Source: Gemmatimonadota bacterium
Lineage (GTDB): Bacteria > JBHIER01 > G020348925
Reading direction: 5' to 3'
Length of the DNA: 64,000 bases
NCBI GenBank assembly: GCA_020348925.1
Contig: CP070758.1
Span: 2,805,688-2,869,687 of the forward strand
A program made the position numbers and the translations under genes. Below the pieces are notes generated by a model. The model saw only the letters and a list, made by a program, of their open reading frames with translations. It did not search any database and had not been told where the DNA came from. Positions 1 through 9,500 of this stretch are shown one piece after another; position 1 is the first letter of the stretch, and every line of letters begins with the position of its first letter.

Positions 1-1555
1 TCAGTAATAACAACAAATTTTGAAGATCATCTGCTTTTGGTTTTCCAACCAAAATTGCAGTCTCGTGTAACCGTTTCAGGAAATCCTCCGAACCTGTCTT
101 TTGAAGTATTGCGTATCGACTCCCGTACTGTTTCTCCAGACGAAGGATTTCCGGTTCTGGAATCAAACCGAGGTCTTTCGCCTCCAGTATCCACTGCAGG
201 TGCACATTACGCATTTTCTCTAAGATATCTTTGTATTCCGGATCCGGAGCCAGGTTTTTGATCTCGTACGGATCATTATGAATGTCATACAATTCTTCCT
301 GAGGTTTTCTCCTGGATGTAAAAAGGGCGACCGTCTCAGGCAATTCCCCCTCCTGTTCCAGACGACGAATCTCTTTCATCACCGGTCCCTGCTCCGCGCT
401 CTGGATGTATTGATAGTAGGGTTTGTAAGACATGTAATTGATGACATATCGATATCGCTTATCCCTCACTGAGCGAACCAGATCGTAACGCTCATCCATT
501 CGGTCGCGAATGGAGAAAACATATTGTCGTTCAGGGGGCAGATTAGGACCCAGAAAAGGACGCCCTTGCATGTATTCCGGAACCAGTAATCCTACCAGAT
601 TGAGAACAGCAGGTGCAAAATCCAGCGAGCTGACGAATTGATCGTCCTTACTCCCAGGTGTCCCTTGCCTCTTTTGACGAAATTTTTCCGGTATTCTGAC
701 AATCAGGGGAATGTGTGTTCCGGAATCATAAATCCACCGTTTGGCTCTCGGCATACCGACGCCGTGATCCGACCAGAAGAAAACGATGGTCTCATCCCTC
801 AAGCCGGCATCATCCAATTCTTTGAGACGATCCTCTATCCAGTAGTCCAACGCAGTAATCAGCTCGTGATACCGTGCCCAGTACTCCCGGGTCACTTTCG
901 TATCCGGATAATAGGGTGGTAATTCGAATGCCTCCCGATTCTGTCTCTGATGGGGTTTGAGACGTTGTGTCCGCTCAGCGCGTTTTTCTTCGTCCAAACG
1001 AATTGAACCCTCATGGGTACCGGTGTAGTTAAACACCGCAAAAAATGGCGCGCCCCTCGGGCGATTTTTCCAATGGGCATTCCTGCTGGATTCATCCCAG
1101 GCTTTATCCGGAGTAACGAAATTGTAATCTTCTTTATAATTGTTTGTGCAGTAATAACCGGCCTCTCTCAAGTATTCCGAAAAGCATTTCACTGTTTCCG
1201 GCAAATGGGGTTTCATAGAACGTTTTACACCCTCGCCCCCGCCTCGCATATGATGTGTGCCCAAAGTTGAGGCATACATCCCGGTTATGATAGAGGATCG
1301 GTTCGGCGCACAGACGCCGGCAACGGTAAATGCATTCTCAAAGAGTACGCCTTCGCCAGCAAGTTTATCAAGCACAGGCGTTACCGCGTTTATATATCCA
1401 CAGCATTTCAGGTGAGGTCCGATATCCTCACAGGATAACCAGAGAATGTTCGGCTGGAATCTGGCAGACCTCCCTCGCAGTTTCATCAGCGGAAACAGGC
1501 AGACTGCCATAATCCCTTTCGCGATTTGTTTCAAACAATGTCTTCGTGATGGCAT
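1..1555 (-). CDS. Formylglycine-dependent (S1) sulfatase with putative Tat signal; 3' end runs off the window (not in ORF track)
   Basis: Hand translation from ATG at 1555: MPSRRHCLKQ...QPNILWLSCEDIG...TPVLDKLAGEGVLFENAFTVAGVCAPNRSSIITGMY (CxPxR signature). The same frame near base 1 gives EELYDIHNDPYEIKNLA, a typical sulfatase C-terminal motif, with no stop before the window edge. The middle of the gene was not fully translated. Confidence 0.92.
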   Translation of the reverse strand, partial: MPSRRHCLKQIAKGIMAVCLFPLMKLRGRSARFQPNILWLSCEDIGPHLKCCGYINAVTPVLDKLAGEGVLFENAFTVAGVCAPNRSSIITGMYASTLGTHHMRGGGEGVKRSMKPHLPETVKCFSEYLREAGYYCTNNYKEDYNFVTPDKAWDESSRNAHWKNRPRGAPFFAVFNYTGTHEGSIRLDEEKRAERTQRLKPHQRQNREAFELPPYYPDTKVTREYWARYHELITALDYWIEDRLKELDDAGLRDETIVFFWSDHGVGMPRAKRWIYDSGTHIPLIVRIPEKFRQKRQGTPGSKDDQFVSSLDFAPAVLNLVGLLVPEYMQGRPFLGPNLPPERQYVFSIRDRMDERYDLVRSVRDKRYRYVINYMSYKPYYQYIQSAEQGPVMKEIRRLEQEGELPETVALFTSRRKPQEELYDIHNDPYEIKNLAPDPEYKDILEKMRNVHLQWILEAKDLGLIPEPEILRLEKQYGSRYAILQKTGSEDFLKRLHETAILVGKPKADDLQNLLLLL

Positions 1556-1761
1556 CTACTTCTCACATAAATGTTTCTTTGCATCTGACATATTCTCAGC
1601 TTATCATCTTTCTTAGATAATGGCATGAATGCAGTATCCGCAAAAACCGATTGTAGGAGGACATCAATCCCCCCGCTCCGGCCGACAATCTCTTCAGAAA
1701 ACCGCAACGCAGTTCTCCGTTTTCAATGACCAACAAAGTGAACATTCTACATCTCCATTTT

Positions 1762-3024
1762 CTATTTCAACATATAGGCATAATAGTCGGTCAGAAACCT
1801 CAAACCGAAGGACGTGGCAATATCCCGGATGGTGATCCAGAGTTTTCCGTGTTTGTGTCTCGTTCTGATTTCATAAAAACAGCCCGCGAGATTGGGATCT
1901 GAATGGTCCGAGGAAAACCGGTTCTTCAAAACCCAGGAGAGGGATTTCTCGATATTGTCCTTGAATTCATCACCCACGCCATGTTCCATAAGCCGTAGCC
2001 AGACTATGGCGGCGAAGGAGACGGCGGAACCACAGAGAGAATTTTTGTTGGCCTTGCCACTCAGATAATTCTTGTAGTAGATCGTCCCGTCGCCAGCCTG
2101 AACCCTGGCAAAAACCTCGGCCGTCCTTTTCGCGGCCATAAGATATCGCTCGTTGCCCGTCAATTCGTAGCCTTCAATCAGTGATTCCGCATACCAGAGA
2201 TTGAATCGCGGATGGAAAGATCCCTCGTCCGGATGGTTCGGCATAAACCGCATCCAGAGCCCGTGTTCGTCCTGTTTTTCGACCAGGCTCTCGCAAATGT
2301 TGATGAAGACGTCTTTATACTTTGGATCATTCGTATATTCATACATGTCCTTGTATAATGATCCTTCGTTGTTGGGTCGAGAGACATCGAAAAGTTCCTG
2401 TTCCTTTTTTTCCGGCCAGAAGGGGCTGTTCTCTTTCAATACTTCACCCGAGGCAGGATCAATACTGTCATAGAAAACGCCTTCCTCCGGAACGTACATA
2501 TGCTGGAGCATCCATTCCCCCGCCCGCGTCGCTACTTCGGCGTATTTCTTCTCCCCTGTAATGTTGGACAGAAGATAGATGCCGGCCGACCCATCGGTCA
2601 TTGTCGCGAAGACGATCCGGTCGCCGACTACATCCCCGTGGGCCGTATAGAGCATTCCCTTTAATTTGGGATGGTCCTTGATCTCAAGACCGATCCACCA
2701 GTCACCGGCCCGCTTCGCCGCTTCCAGATACTTGGAATCTTTTGTCAACTCATAGGCCTGGACCAATCCATAGATAACCTGGCCGGTATGCCAGGCCGGC
2801 TCGTAATCGTACCAGCGCCCTTCGATGAGATTGTAGTCGCAGCGCGATTTCCCCTGCTCATCCAAAAGGATCTCGCTGGCGTAGTTGGCGCCATCGATAA
2901 TAGCCCTCAGAATCTCGACTCTCAGGGAATCATCATTTCTTGCTACAGCGACGTTTGCAAAGGCGAGCATAAACAGCGAAAAAATCACCAAGTGTGTTCT
3001 TCGGATGAACCGAAAGGATCTCAT
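1762..3024 (-). CDS. Secreted (alpha/alpha)6-barrel glycoside hydrolase-like protein (GH76/GH88/AGE-like superfamily, family uncertain)
   Basis: 420 aa ORF with signal peptide (AVA-R). Repeated helical motifs AYELTKDSKYLEAAKRAGDW, MYEYTNDPKYKD and GYELTGNERYLMAAKR are typical of six-hairpin glycosidases. Lies in a CAZyme operon. Confidence 0.7.
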   Translation of the reverse strand: MRSFRFIRRTHLVIFSLFMLAFANVAVARNDDSLRVEILRAIIDGANYASEILLDEQGKSRCDYNLIEGRWYDYEPAWHTGQVIYGLVQAYELTKDSKYLEAAKRAGDWWIGLEIKDHPKLKGMLYTAHGDVVGDRIVFATMTDGSAGIYLLSNITGEKKYAEVATRAGEWMLQHMYVPEEGVFYDSIDPASGEVLKENSPFWPEKKEQELFDVSRPNNEGSLYKDMYEYTNDPKYKDVFINICESLVEKQDEHGLWMRFMPNHPDEGSFHPRFNLWYAESLIEGYELTGNERYLMAAKRTAEVFARVQAGDGTIYYKNYLSGKANKNSLCGSAVSFAAIVWLRLMEHGVGDEFKDNIEKSLSWVLKNRFSSDHSDPNLAGCFYEIRTRHKHGKLWITIRDIATSFGLRFLTDYYAYMLK

Positions 3025-3036
3025 GGTACACCTCCC

Positions 3037-5619
3037 TTAGAGAATGATACGATATTTGTATTTGTGATTACGAACGATGTTATCGGGAAGCCTGAAAGAA
3101 AAACCCCAACCTCCCTTCTTCTGATCTATTTTCAGCATGATATGGTTCTGTCCCTTTTTCAAGGGGAGATAGCATTCATCCTCGTCAACGATGAGACCTC
3201 TCTTCTGGTAATTCACATATACTTCTTTTCCGTTGCATATGACTTTTATTCCATCGTTGCTGCCGAAGGTGGCTCGCACCTTCTGATCCCTCTGGCTTTC
3301 AATCTGGCAATAGGCATAGGCCAGGACCTCGGTGTTCTCCTCATATATCGAGAAGAGATCTATCTCGGAAAAATGTGGTGAATCGTACTTCATCCAACTG
3401 TATGTCTTATCCTCAGCGGTGGTGAACGCCGATCCTGGCCGCGGCCGTGCCTTCAATTCTCCTCCCATGGGTTTGAGATAATCGATAGACCTTCCACTCC
3501 ACCCTACGTTTGGAAACGAACCACAGAGTAACCAGTATTGAAAATACTGTCCGGATGTCTCCCTGATAGCAAGACTCACTTCGGAAGGAGGCGGCAGGGA
3601 ATGCCCCTTGTCAAAGTCATCGATGGCTTGAACCAGAAAATGCTCTGTTTCCTTGATATTAAGAATTTTCTCATCGTACTGCGTCAGGATGTGATCCAGC
3701 CAATATGTCCTGTTCTCTCTCAGCCACAAGGTCCGATAATCCGTTCGCAACCCTTCAAGCATTTCTCGGACGCTCCCGAGTTCAACAAGCGAATGGACCA
3801 AGGAACGACGGGCATCAGAAGGATCGTCCCGCTGTATCCAGCAGGCCCTCTCGTAGGATTGAGCGGTTTCCACAAGAGATGTCCTGCTGTTTGCCAGAAA
3901 AGCATACTGGTCGGCCGTGAACGCGATACACGTCGTGTCGTCCGAGTAAAAGGTCGGTTCACTCTCCTTCAAAAGCGCCTGGGCAGTTTTTGTGATTTTA
4001 AGAACAGTGTCCCAATCCTGCAGGTCCAATTCGAGTTTTTTGCCTCGATCTGGGACCAATGCTTTCCAGAAGATAGACTCATTCATCTCCTGGGTGGGAG
4101 CGAGACTGGTCAGCTTCGTCAATTCCCGGATGGACCTGGAGAATGTGTTACTGTGATCCCCGTAGATTCCCAGATCGAACCGATCGTTGAACTCTTCGAC
4201 GGGATCGTCATTCACGTTCCAGCTATGGTCGGCTCCATACGCTACTCCGTACCAGTCGAGGGAGAATAGCGCCTTGCCCCCGTCATCCCAGACGGTGTTG
4301 AGCATGCCCAGAGCACCATGGGATGCGCCGTCCCTTACGAAATTCCTGATGTTGGTGAAGGTCATATTGTAATCGGGCATCATGCGGCCGGAGTTGAGAA
4401 CACCACAACTGAACATAAATTCAAAGCCGGCGTTTTTATAAGGCAGCATGTATTCGTCAAAAGAGTCGAAGGCGCTGTAATGCCAGGCACCCATGATGAT
4501 ATCGTCAGGCAATATCTCAAGGATTTCGGGATGCTCCAGGACAATATCCCCCCAGATCATCATTCTTTTGCCGTGTCTTTTCACTTCTTCATTCAATCGA
4601 ATGATGTGTTCTGCGTAGACCCTTCCCACTCCGAGACTGTCCACGGCCTGTCTCGATCCCCCTCTTCCGATGTCCCAGGTCTCATCGCAGTTGACGTTGA
4701 AAAACTCAGAGCTGAAAACGGGTACCATCTCTGCATAAATATTCCTTAAAAAATTCATTGCCTCTGGATCGGTCGGCGAAATCATTCGATCTGTTTCTCC
4801 AAGTACACGGTATTGAGGATAGGCCATGATTTTTTCGAAATGACCGAGGGATTGGAAATTTCCCATCAGCTTCACATGATACTGCTCCGCATAAACGGAC
4901 AATTCCTTCCACTGGACAATACTGAGAGCACCACCGGCCGGGGCGAAATCTCCGTGCTGTTCTGTCTCGACAACATGCTCGGTATAGTAACTGAGCAAGT
5001 TTAACTTCATTTCGGAAATGCGGCGCACTTGCTGTTTCATAAAGTCCATGGTCGGTACCGGTCCCCGGCTGATATCATCTTGCATACCGCGATACCTCAG
5101 ATCCGGCCAGTCGATGATTTTCATATTTTGTATTTTATCTTTATCGGTTGAACCGCGCAGTATCTGCTTCAATGTTTGAACACCATAAAAAAGACCCGCA
5201 TTTTCATTGGCTGCGATGAGAATGATGGTATCGCCAACAAGAAGCACATAGCCTTCTGTTCCCAAACGATCATCCGGCCAGATTCCTGCTGATTGACACA
5301 TTCGGTCATACTCTGCATCGAGCTTCGGTAATCCAAGCCAAAAAGATCGCTGTTTTTCCTCATGAAGAGGAACGGTACCTCCGATCTTCATCTCCAGAGC
5401 TTCCTGTAATTGACGTATTGCGATATCCAAGTTTTTCATATCGGATGGAACAATGCGTATTGAAATTTCATCCGGTCGAAGTAAAAACGTACCTGTCATC
5501 TTCTCGACAATCTGGGGTTTTGGTACAACAGGTACTTCTATGGATTCAGAGAATCCATGACCGAACCAGCTCAAAACAATAGTCAGCAAAATTAAGATTT
5601 TTCGAACATATGCATTCAT
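3037..5619 (-). CDS. GH20-family beta-N-acetylhexosaminidase-like protein with C-terminal beta-sandwich extension
   Basis: Signal peptide; GH20 domain-2 motifs VVPKPQ, EGYVL and GLFYGVQTLKQ; IIDWPDLRYRGMQDDISRG; catalytic DE in NVNCDE; IWGD; C-terminal FGSNDGIKV...GQNHIMLKI PA14-like region. Confidence 0.88.
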   Translation of the reverse strand: MNAYVRKILILLTIVLSWFGHGFSESIEVPVVPKPQIVEKMTGTFLLRPDEISIRIVPSDMKNLDIAIRQLQEALEMKIGGTVPLHEEKQRSFWLGLPKLDAEYDRMCQSAGIWPDDRLGTEGYVLLVGDTIILIAANENAGLFYGVQTLKQILRGSTDKDKIQNMKIIDWPDLRYRGMQDDISRGPVPTMDFMKQQVRRISEMKLNLLSYYTEHVVETEQHGDFAPAGGALSIVQWKELSVYAEQYHVKLMGNFQSLGHFEKIMAYPQYRVLGETDRMISPTDPEAMNFLRNIYAEMVPVFSSEFFNVNCDETWDIGRGGSRQAVDSLGVGRVYAEHIIRLNEEVKRHGKRMMIWGDIVLEHPEILEILPDDIIMGAWHYSAFDSFDEYMLPYKNAGFEFMFSCGVLNSGRMMPDYNMTFTNIRNFVRDGASHGALGMLNTVWDDGGKALFSLDWYGVAYGADHSWNVNDDPVEEFNDRFDLGIYGDHSNTFSRSIRELTKLTSLAPTQEMNESIFWKALVPDRGKKLELDLQDWDTVLKITKTAQALLKESEPTFYSDDTTCIAFTADQYAFLANSRTSLVETAQSYERACWIQRDDPSDARRSLVHSLVELGSVREMLEGLRTDYRTLWLRENRTYWLDHILTQYDEKILNIKETEHFLVQAIDDFDKGHSLPPPSEVSLAIRETSGQYFQYWLLCGSFPNVGWSGRSIDYLKPMGGELKARPRPGSAFTTAEDKTYSWMKYDSPHFSEIDLFSIYEENTEVLAYAYCQIESQRDQKVRATFGSNDGIKVICNGKEVYVNYQKRGLIVDEDECYLPLKKGQNHIMLKIDQKKGGWGFSFRLPDNIVRNHKYKYRIIL

Positions 5620-5637
5620 TTCTTACCCTCTATACCA

Positions 5638-7281
5638 TTATTGCTTGAGAACATTTCCTTTCAATTTTACCTCTTCTTCAACTGCACCTTTTTGTACCTC
5701 GAATATTCTGTTCACCTTGCTGAAATCATTGCCTGTAAGATAAATCCCATCAGTCTTGTCTCCTTCCACTGAAAGAAAGAGGTCCAAATCATCATCAGAC
5801 CTGAATTCGGATATAAAAGCATCTTGCGTATCGCTGAGTCGAATGAGTGATTCGTCACTTTGGGGATTTAGAGCTCGCAACCCTGAAACATCTAAGCTGG
5901 CAACATCATCGCATACAAGTGCAGGACGTGCGTCGACATGTTCAAAAGCAAGATTCACTTTATCAAGGGTTACACCGTTTGCATGACGGATATAGAATCC
6001 ATATGCTGGTAATTTTCCAAAAATCGTAGATTCTGGATAGGAGGAAGGTTTTTCCGGAACAGTTTTATGGGCATCTTCCAGTGTCCCTCCACCTTTAAAG
6101 GTGATGTGAATATTACTCAGCGTCAAGTTTTCAATCGGATGCTCGGGAAGTCCTGTGATAGAGCACCCGATGGTATCCGCCCCCGTTGCCACAACATTAC
6201 TGATTTTCACATTCCGTATCCTGCCAACCTCACGGGTTACCTCCGGTCCCATATACGTTCGTCCACGATTACCAAGACGCATAAAAATGGGAGACGTCGT
6301 CCCCTCGATCCTGATATTCGAAATGGTGACACCCTCCATGACCCCACCATCAACGATGAGCAGAGAAATACCGCCGAGTCCTTCTTCTCTTCCGTAGATC
6401 CGGCTGTCGTGTTCGGAGGGCTTCACGACAATGTTCGAAATCGTTATGTTTCGAAATCCACCGTGGGACTCCGTACCCATCTTTATGGCATTGCAGTGAC
6501 TGCTCAGAATACAGTTGGTAATGGTAACATTTTCACATGGTCGCTCAGAGGTACTTTTCAAAGTCATTGCATCATCATCTGTATCACCAATGCAATCCGA
6601 GATAATTACATTTCGGCAGCCGTCGATATCGATCATGTCATTATTTTTATTACAGTGGTTATAGACTTTAATTCCACGGATGGTCACATCCTCACATCCC
6701 AGGTAATGCTGCATCCACATGGCAGAGTTCCCCATCCGGATATTTTCAACGCGAACATGACGACAGTCGATAAACCGGATGACATAAGGACGATTCATGT
6801 ATCTGTCTGGCTTCTTCTTTGTTGTAACTTTGTACGCACCCCCCTGACCGTCAATAAGTCCGCGGCCCGTAATTGCGATATTCTCCAGGTTCGCACCGTA
6901 TATGAGACTATACAGCACCCAACTATCCCCGTAATGTCTAACGGGTGATGTGGTCGCTGGATAATCTTCAATATCCGTACTTCCAAGAAGTGTTGCACCT
7001 TCACTGATATGAAGGGTCACATTGTTTTTCATAAATATGGTTCCCGATAGATACGTACCGCCGGGGAGAAGAACCTGACCCCCACCCTTCGCACACTCAT
7101 CAACCGCCCTCTGAATAGCTTGTGTATCAAGTTGAAAACCATCCCCTACAGCACCGTAATCTCGGACATTATGGGTGACAGAAGATGCGAAAGTATCTGA
7201 CTGGAGAAAGGAAAAGAACACGATTACACCTGCCAGAATCACTCCGATACATACACATCTTTTCTTATCTTGAGATAACAC
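5638..7281 (-). CDS. GH28-family polygalacturonase-like glycoside hydrolase
   Basis: NVRDYGAVGDG...DTQAIQRAVD...GTYLSG beta-helix start; catalytic motifs NNDMIDID, DDDAMTLKS and AIKMGTES. Confidence 0.9.
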   Translation of the reverse strand: MLSQDKKRCVCIGVILAGVIVFFSFLQSDTFASSVTHNVRDYGAVGDGFQLDTQAIQRAVDECAKGGGQVLLPGGTYLSGTIFMKNNVTLHISEGATLLGSTDIEDYPATTSPVRHYGDSWVLYSLIYGANLENIAITGRGLIDGQGGAYKVTTKKKPDRYMNRPYVIRFIDCRHVRVENIRMGNSAMWMQHYLGCEDVTIRGIKVYNHCNKNNDMIDIDGCRNVIISDCIGDTDDDAMTLKSTSERPCENVTITNCILSSHCNAIKMGTESHGGFRNITISNIVVKPSEHDSRIYGREEGLGGISLLIVDGGVMEGVTISNIRIEGTTSPIFMRLGNRGRTYMGPEVTREVGRIRNVKISNVVATGADTIGCSITGLPEHPIENLTLSNIHITFKGGGTLEDAHKTVPEKPSSYPESTIFGKLPAYGFYIRHANGVTLDKVNLAFEHVDARPALVCDDVASLDVSGLRALNPQSDESLIRLSDTQDAFISEFRSDDDLDLFLSVEGDKTDGIYLTGNDFSKVNRIFEVQKGAVEEEVKLKGNVLKQ

Positions 7282-7296
7282 GACATCTATCCTTTT

Positions 7297-8205
7297 TTAT
7301 TTCAAATTCAGTTTATCCGTAAGCCAATTTGCCGTTTCAATATAACCGGCATCCAAATCATCAACATCGGATTCCTGGCCACCGACATCAATGCCGATGT
7401 GGCCCTTGAATCCGACCACATCCAGTGTTTCAAAAAATGTATCCCAGTGAATGGCGCCATTGCCTGGAACAAGATGCTCGATTTTCAAACCCCTGTTATC
7501 CGATAGATGAATGTAGTCAACATGGCCGTTTAATCTGCGCAGCGCCAGAGCCAGATTATCCTTAAGAGCGAACTGATTCGCCGTATCCAGTAGGAATCGC
7601 AGATTGTCGCGCTTTACAGCATCGTACAAATAGAGGAAACCATCCGTCGTTGAAGAGAGAACACCAAGACAGGGATGTATGTGAAATCCTAAATTGAATT
7701 CGCCAGCTATATCACAGCAGTCCTGGATCGTGTGTACTAAGTCATTCCAGTATTCTTTCCAATCCAGATTTTCAGGAAACCGTGCCTTCATCAGCAGCTC
7801 TTCGTCAAAATGCCGGACAATGGGAATATCTTCTGGAAAACGGTACGGCGGCAATGGTCCGTTATCTGAGATACCTCTCGACTCCAGAACCGATGCGATT
7901 TCACACCCTTTCCTGAACGACTCCAGGTTCTCTGCTCTTTCTTTGCGATCAGAGGACGATAATCCTGGCAGCACCACACAGAAGTATGCGACCTTGAGGC
8001 CGAGGTTGTCTGCCTTCTCTTTGATGGTGTGCCGCATGTCATGCACCGTCGACAGATGATCTCTTCGGATTCCCTCCAACTCAACACTCTGGTACCCGAG
8101 AGCTTTCATTTCCTCCAGGTAGGTCGGGATTTTCTCAGCCGGAGGAGGATAGCCGTATTTTGTGATAGAGTAAAGAAAGCAACAAACCAGTGATTCATGA
8201 AACAT
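7297..8205 (-). CDS. Sugar phosphate isomerase/epimerase (xylose isomerase-like TIM barrel, AP_endonuc_2)
   Basis: GYQSVEL, LLDTANQF, YIHLSDNRG, HLVPGNGAIHW and GFKGHIGID motifs. Confidence 0.85.
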   Translation of the reverse strand: MFHESLVCCFLYSITKYGYPPPAEKIPTYLEEMKALGYQSVELEGIRRDHLSTVHDMRHTIKEKADNLGLKVAYFCVVLPGLSSSDRKERAENLESFRKGCEIASVLESRGISDNGPLPPYRFPEDIPIVRHFDEELLMKARFPENLDWKEYWNDLVHTIQDCCDIAGEFNLGFHIHPCLGVLSSTTDGFLYLYDAVKRDNLRFLLDTANQFALKDNLALALRRLNGHVDYIHLSDNRGLKIEHLVPGNGAIHWDTFFETLDVVGFKGHIGIDVGGQESDVDDLDAGYIETANWLTDKLNLK

Positions 8206-8226
8206 CCTATTCTCCTTTTGCTGAAA

Positions 8227-9465
8227 TTAAAACATGCCGATAATGCCAACGATACCAGTAAGGGCCATAAGCACGGTGAATACAAAAATGACGAGCATCA
8301 GGGTATTCAAGCCGGTGCCAGACGTGAATTCGCCCATGACAGATTTCCGATTCTGCAATATATACATAAATAGGACTACCAACGGTGTGGCTATAACACA
8401 CAGTGCCTGGGACATGATCATAATAAGTACGGGACGACCGCCGAATATGGGAACGATGAGCCCCAGGGAAACGCCGAACAACACAAGTAATCTGGATCGT
8501 AGCGATCTCATGTTTCTCTTCTCATTCAGATAATCGGCGAATAACCACGGAGCGAGTAAAACAATGGGAAAAAGTGATGAGAGCCCTGCACTCACGATCC
8601 CTGCGACGAAAATGGATATTGCGAATCTGCCGGCGAGAGGTTCGAGTAGTCTGACCATGTCAATAGCGTTTTCAACCTTCAGACCAAGAGGATGGAGCGT
8701 CCCGGCGGCACAGGCCATAACCGCTGCACTGAGAAGAAACATGACCGACGAAGAAATAAGGGCATCGCGTCGTTCCAGATTGAGCTCCTGTTTTGTCCAT
8801 CCTTTTTCCTGAACCAGTATGGAACGAACCACATACAGTATGCCACCCATAGTGGTTCCCACCATACCCGCCATGAGGAGAGCCGCATTCGATTCTTCCG
8901 GCAGACGAGGAACCAAACCGTATATGATTTCTTTCGGTTCAGGTATAACCATAAACATAGTGAGCAGAAAGCTTATCCCCATAAGACCCACGAAGAGAGC
9001 CAGAATCTTTTCGAAAAAACGATGAGTTCCGTTTAGAAAAAGAGCATAAAGTAACACACCGAAAAGGGCAGCCATTATCAATGGACTGAAACCGTTACCA
9101 GATGATGTCAAAGGTCTGGACCACTCCTGCACAACCTGGGTCACTACAGCCATAACACCCATGCATGAGACCCATTCACTGAACAGCAAGGAGCCAAGGA
9201 CAAAGAGTGTCAATCCTTTCCCGAAGTGTTTTTTGAAGCTGAATAATGCCGTTTCACCGGTAACAACCGTGTACCGTCCGAAAACGATAATGAGTATAAA
9301 GGTGAATATGCAGGAAAGAAGCAGGGGCCACACCAGTGACATGCCGTAACCGGCACCGGCCGAAGCCATGGTGGTGATGCTGCCCGTACCGATATTATAT
9401 CCGACCAGGAACACACCCGGAGCGATGGAGGCCAGAAACAGGCCGATTTTTTTCCAGAGGCTCAT
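8227..9465 (-). CDS. Nramp-superfamily (MntH-like fold) membrane transporter lacking the canonical DPGN motif
   Basis: About 11 hydrophobic segments; IAPGVFLVGYNIGTGSITTMASAGAGYGMSLVW and GMVGTT match the Nramp/YcsG-like TM1 and TM6 layout. Confidence 0.8.
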   Translation of the reverse strand: MSLWKKIGLFLASIAPGVFLVGYNIGTGSITTMASAGAGYGMSLVWPLLLSCIFTFILIIVFGRYTVVTGETALFSFKKHFGKGLTLFVLGSLLFSEWVSCMGVMAVVTQVVQEWSRPLTSSGNGFSPLIMAALFGVLLYALFLNGTHRFFEKILALFVGLMGISFLLTMFMVIPEPKEIIYGLVPRLPEESNAALLMAGMVGTTMGGILYVVRSILVQEKGWTKQELNLERRDALISSSVMFLLSAAVMACAAGTLHPLGLKVENAIDMVRLLEPLAGRFAISIFVAGIVSAGLSSLFPIVLLAPWLFADYLNEKRNMRSLRSRLLVLFGVSLGLIVPIFGGRPVLIMIMSQALCVIATPLVVLFMYILQNRKSVMGEFTSGTGLNTLMLVIFVFTVLMALTGIVGIIGMF

Positions 9466-9500
9466 TCGCTTACTCCACTATGCACTTTTTGTCTCATTCG

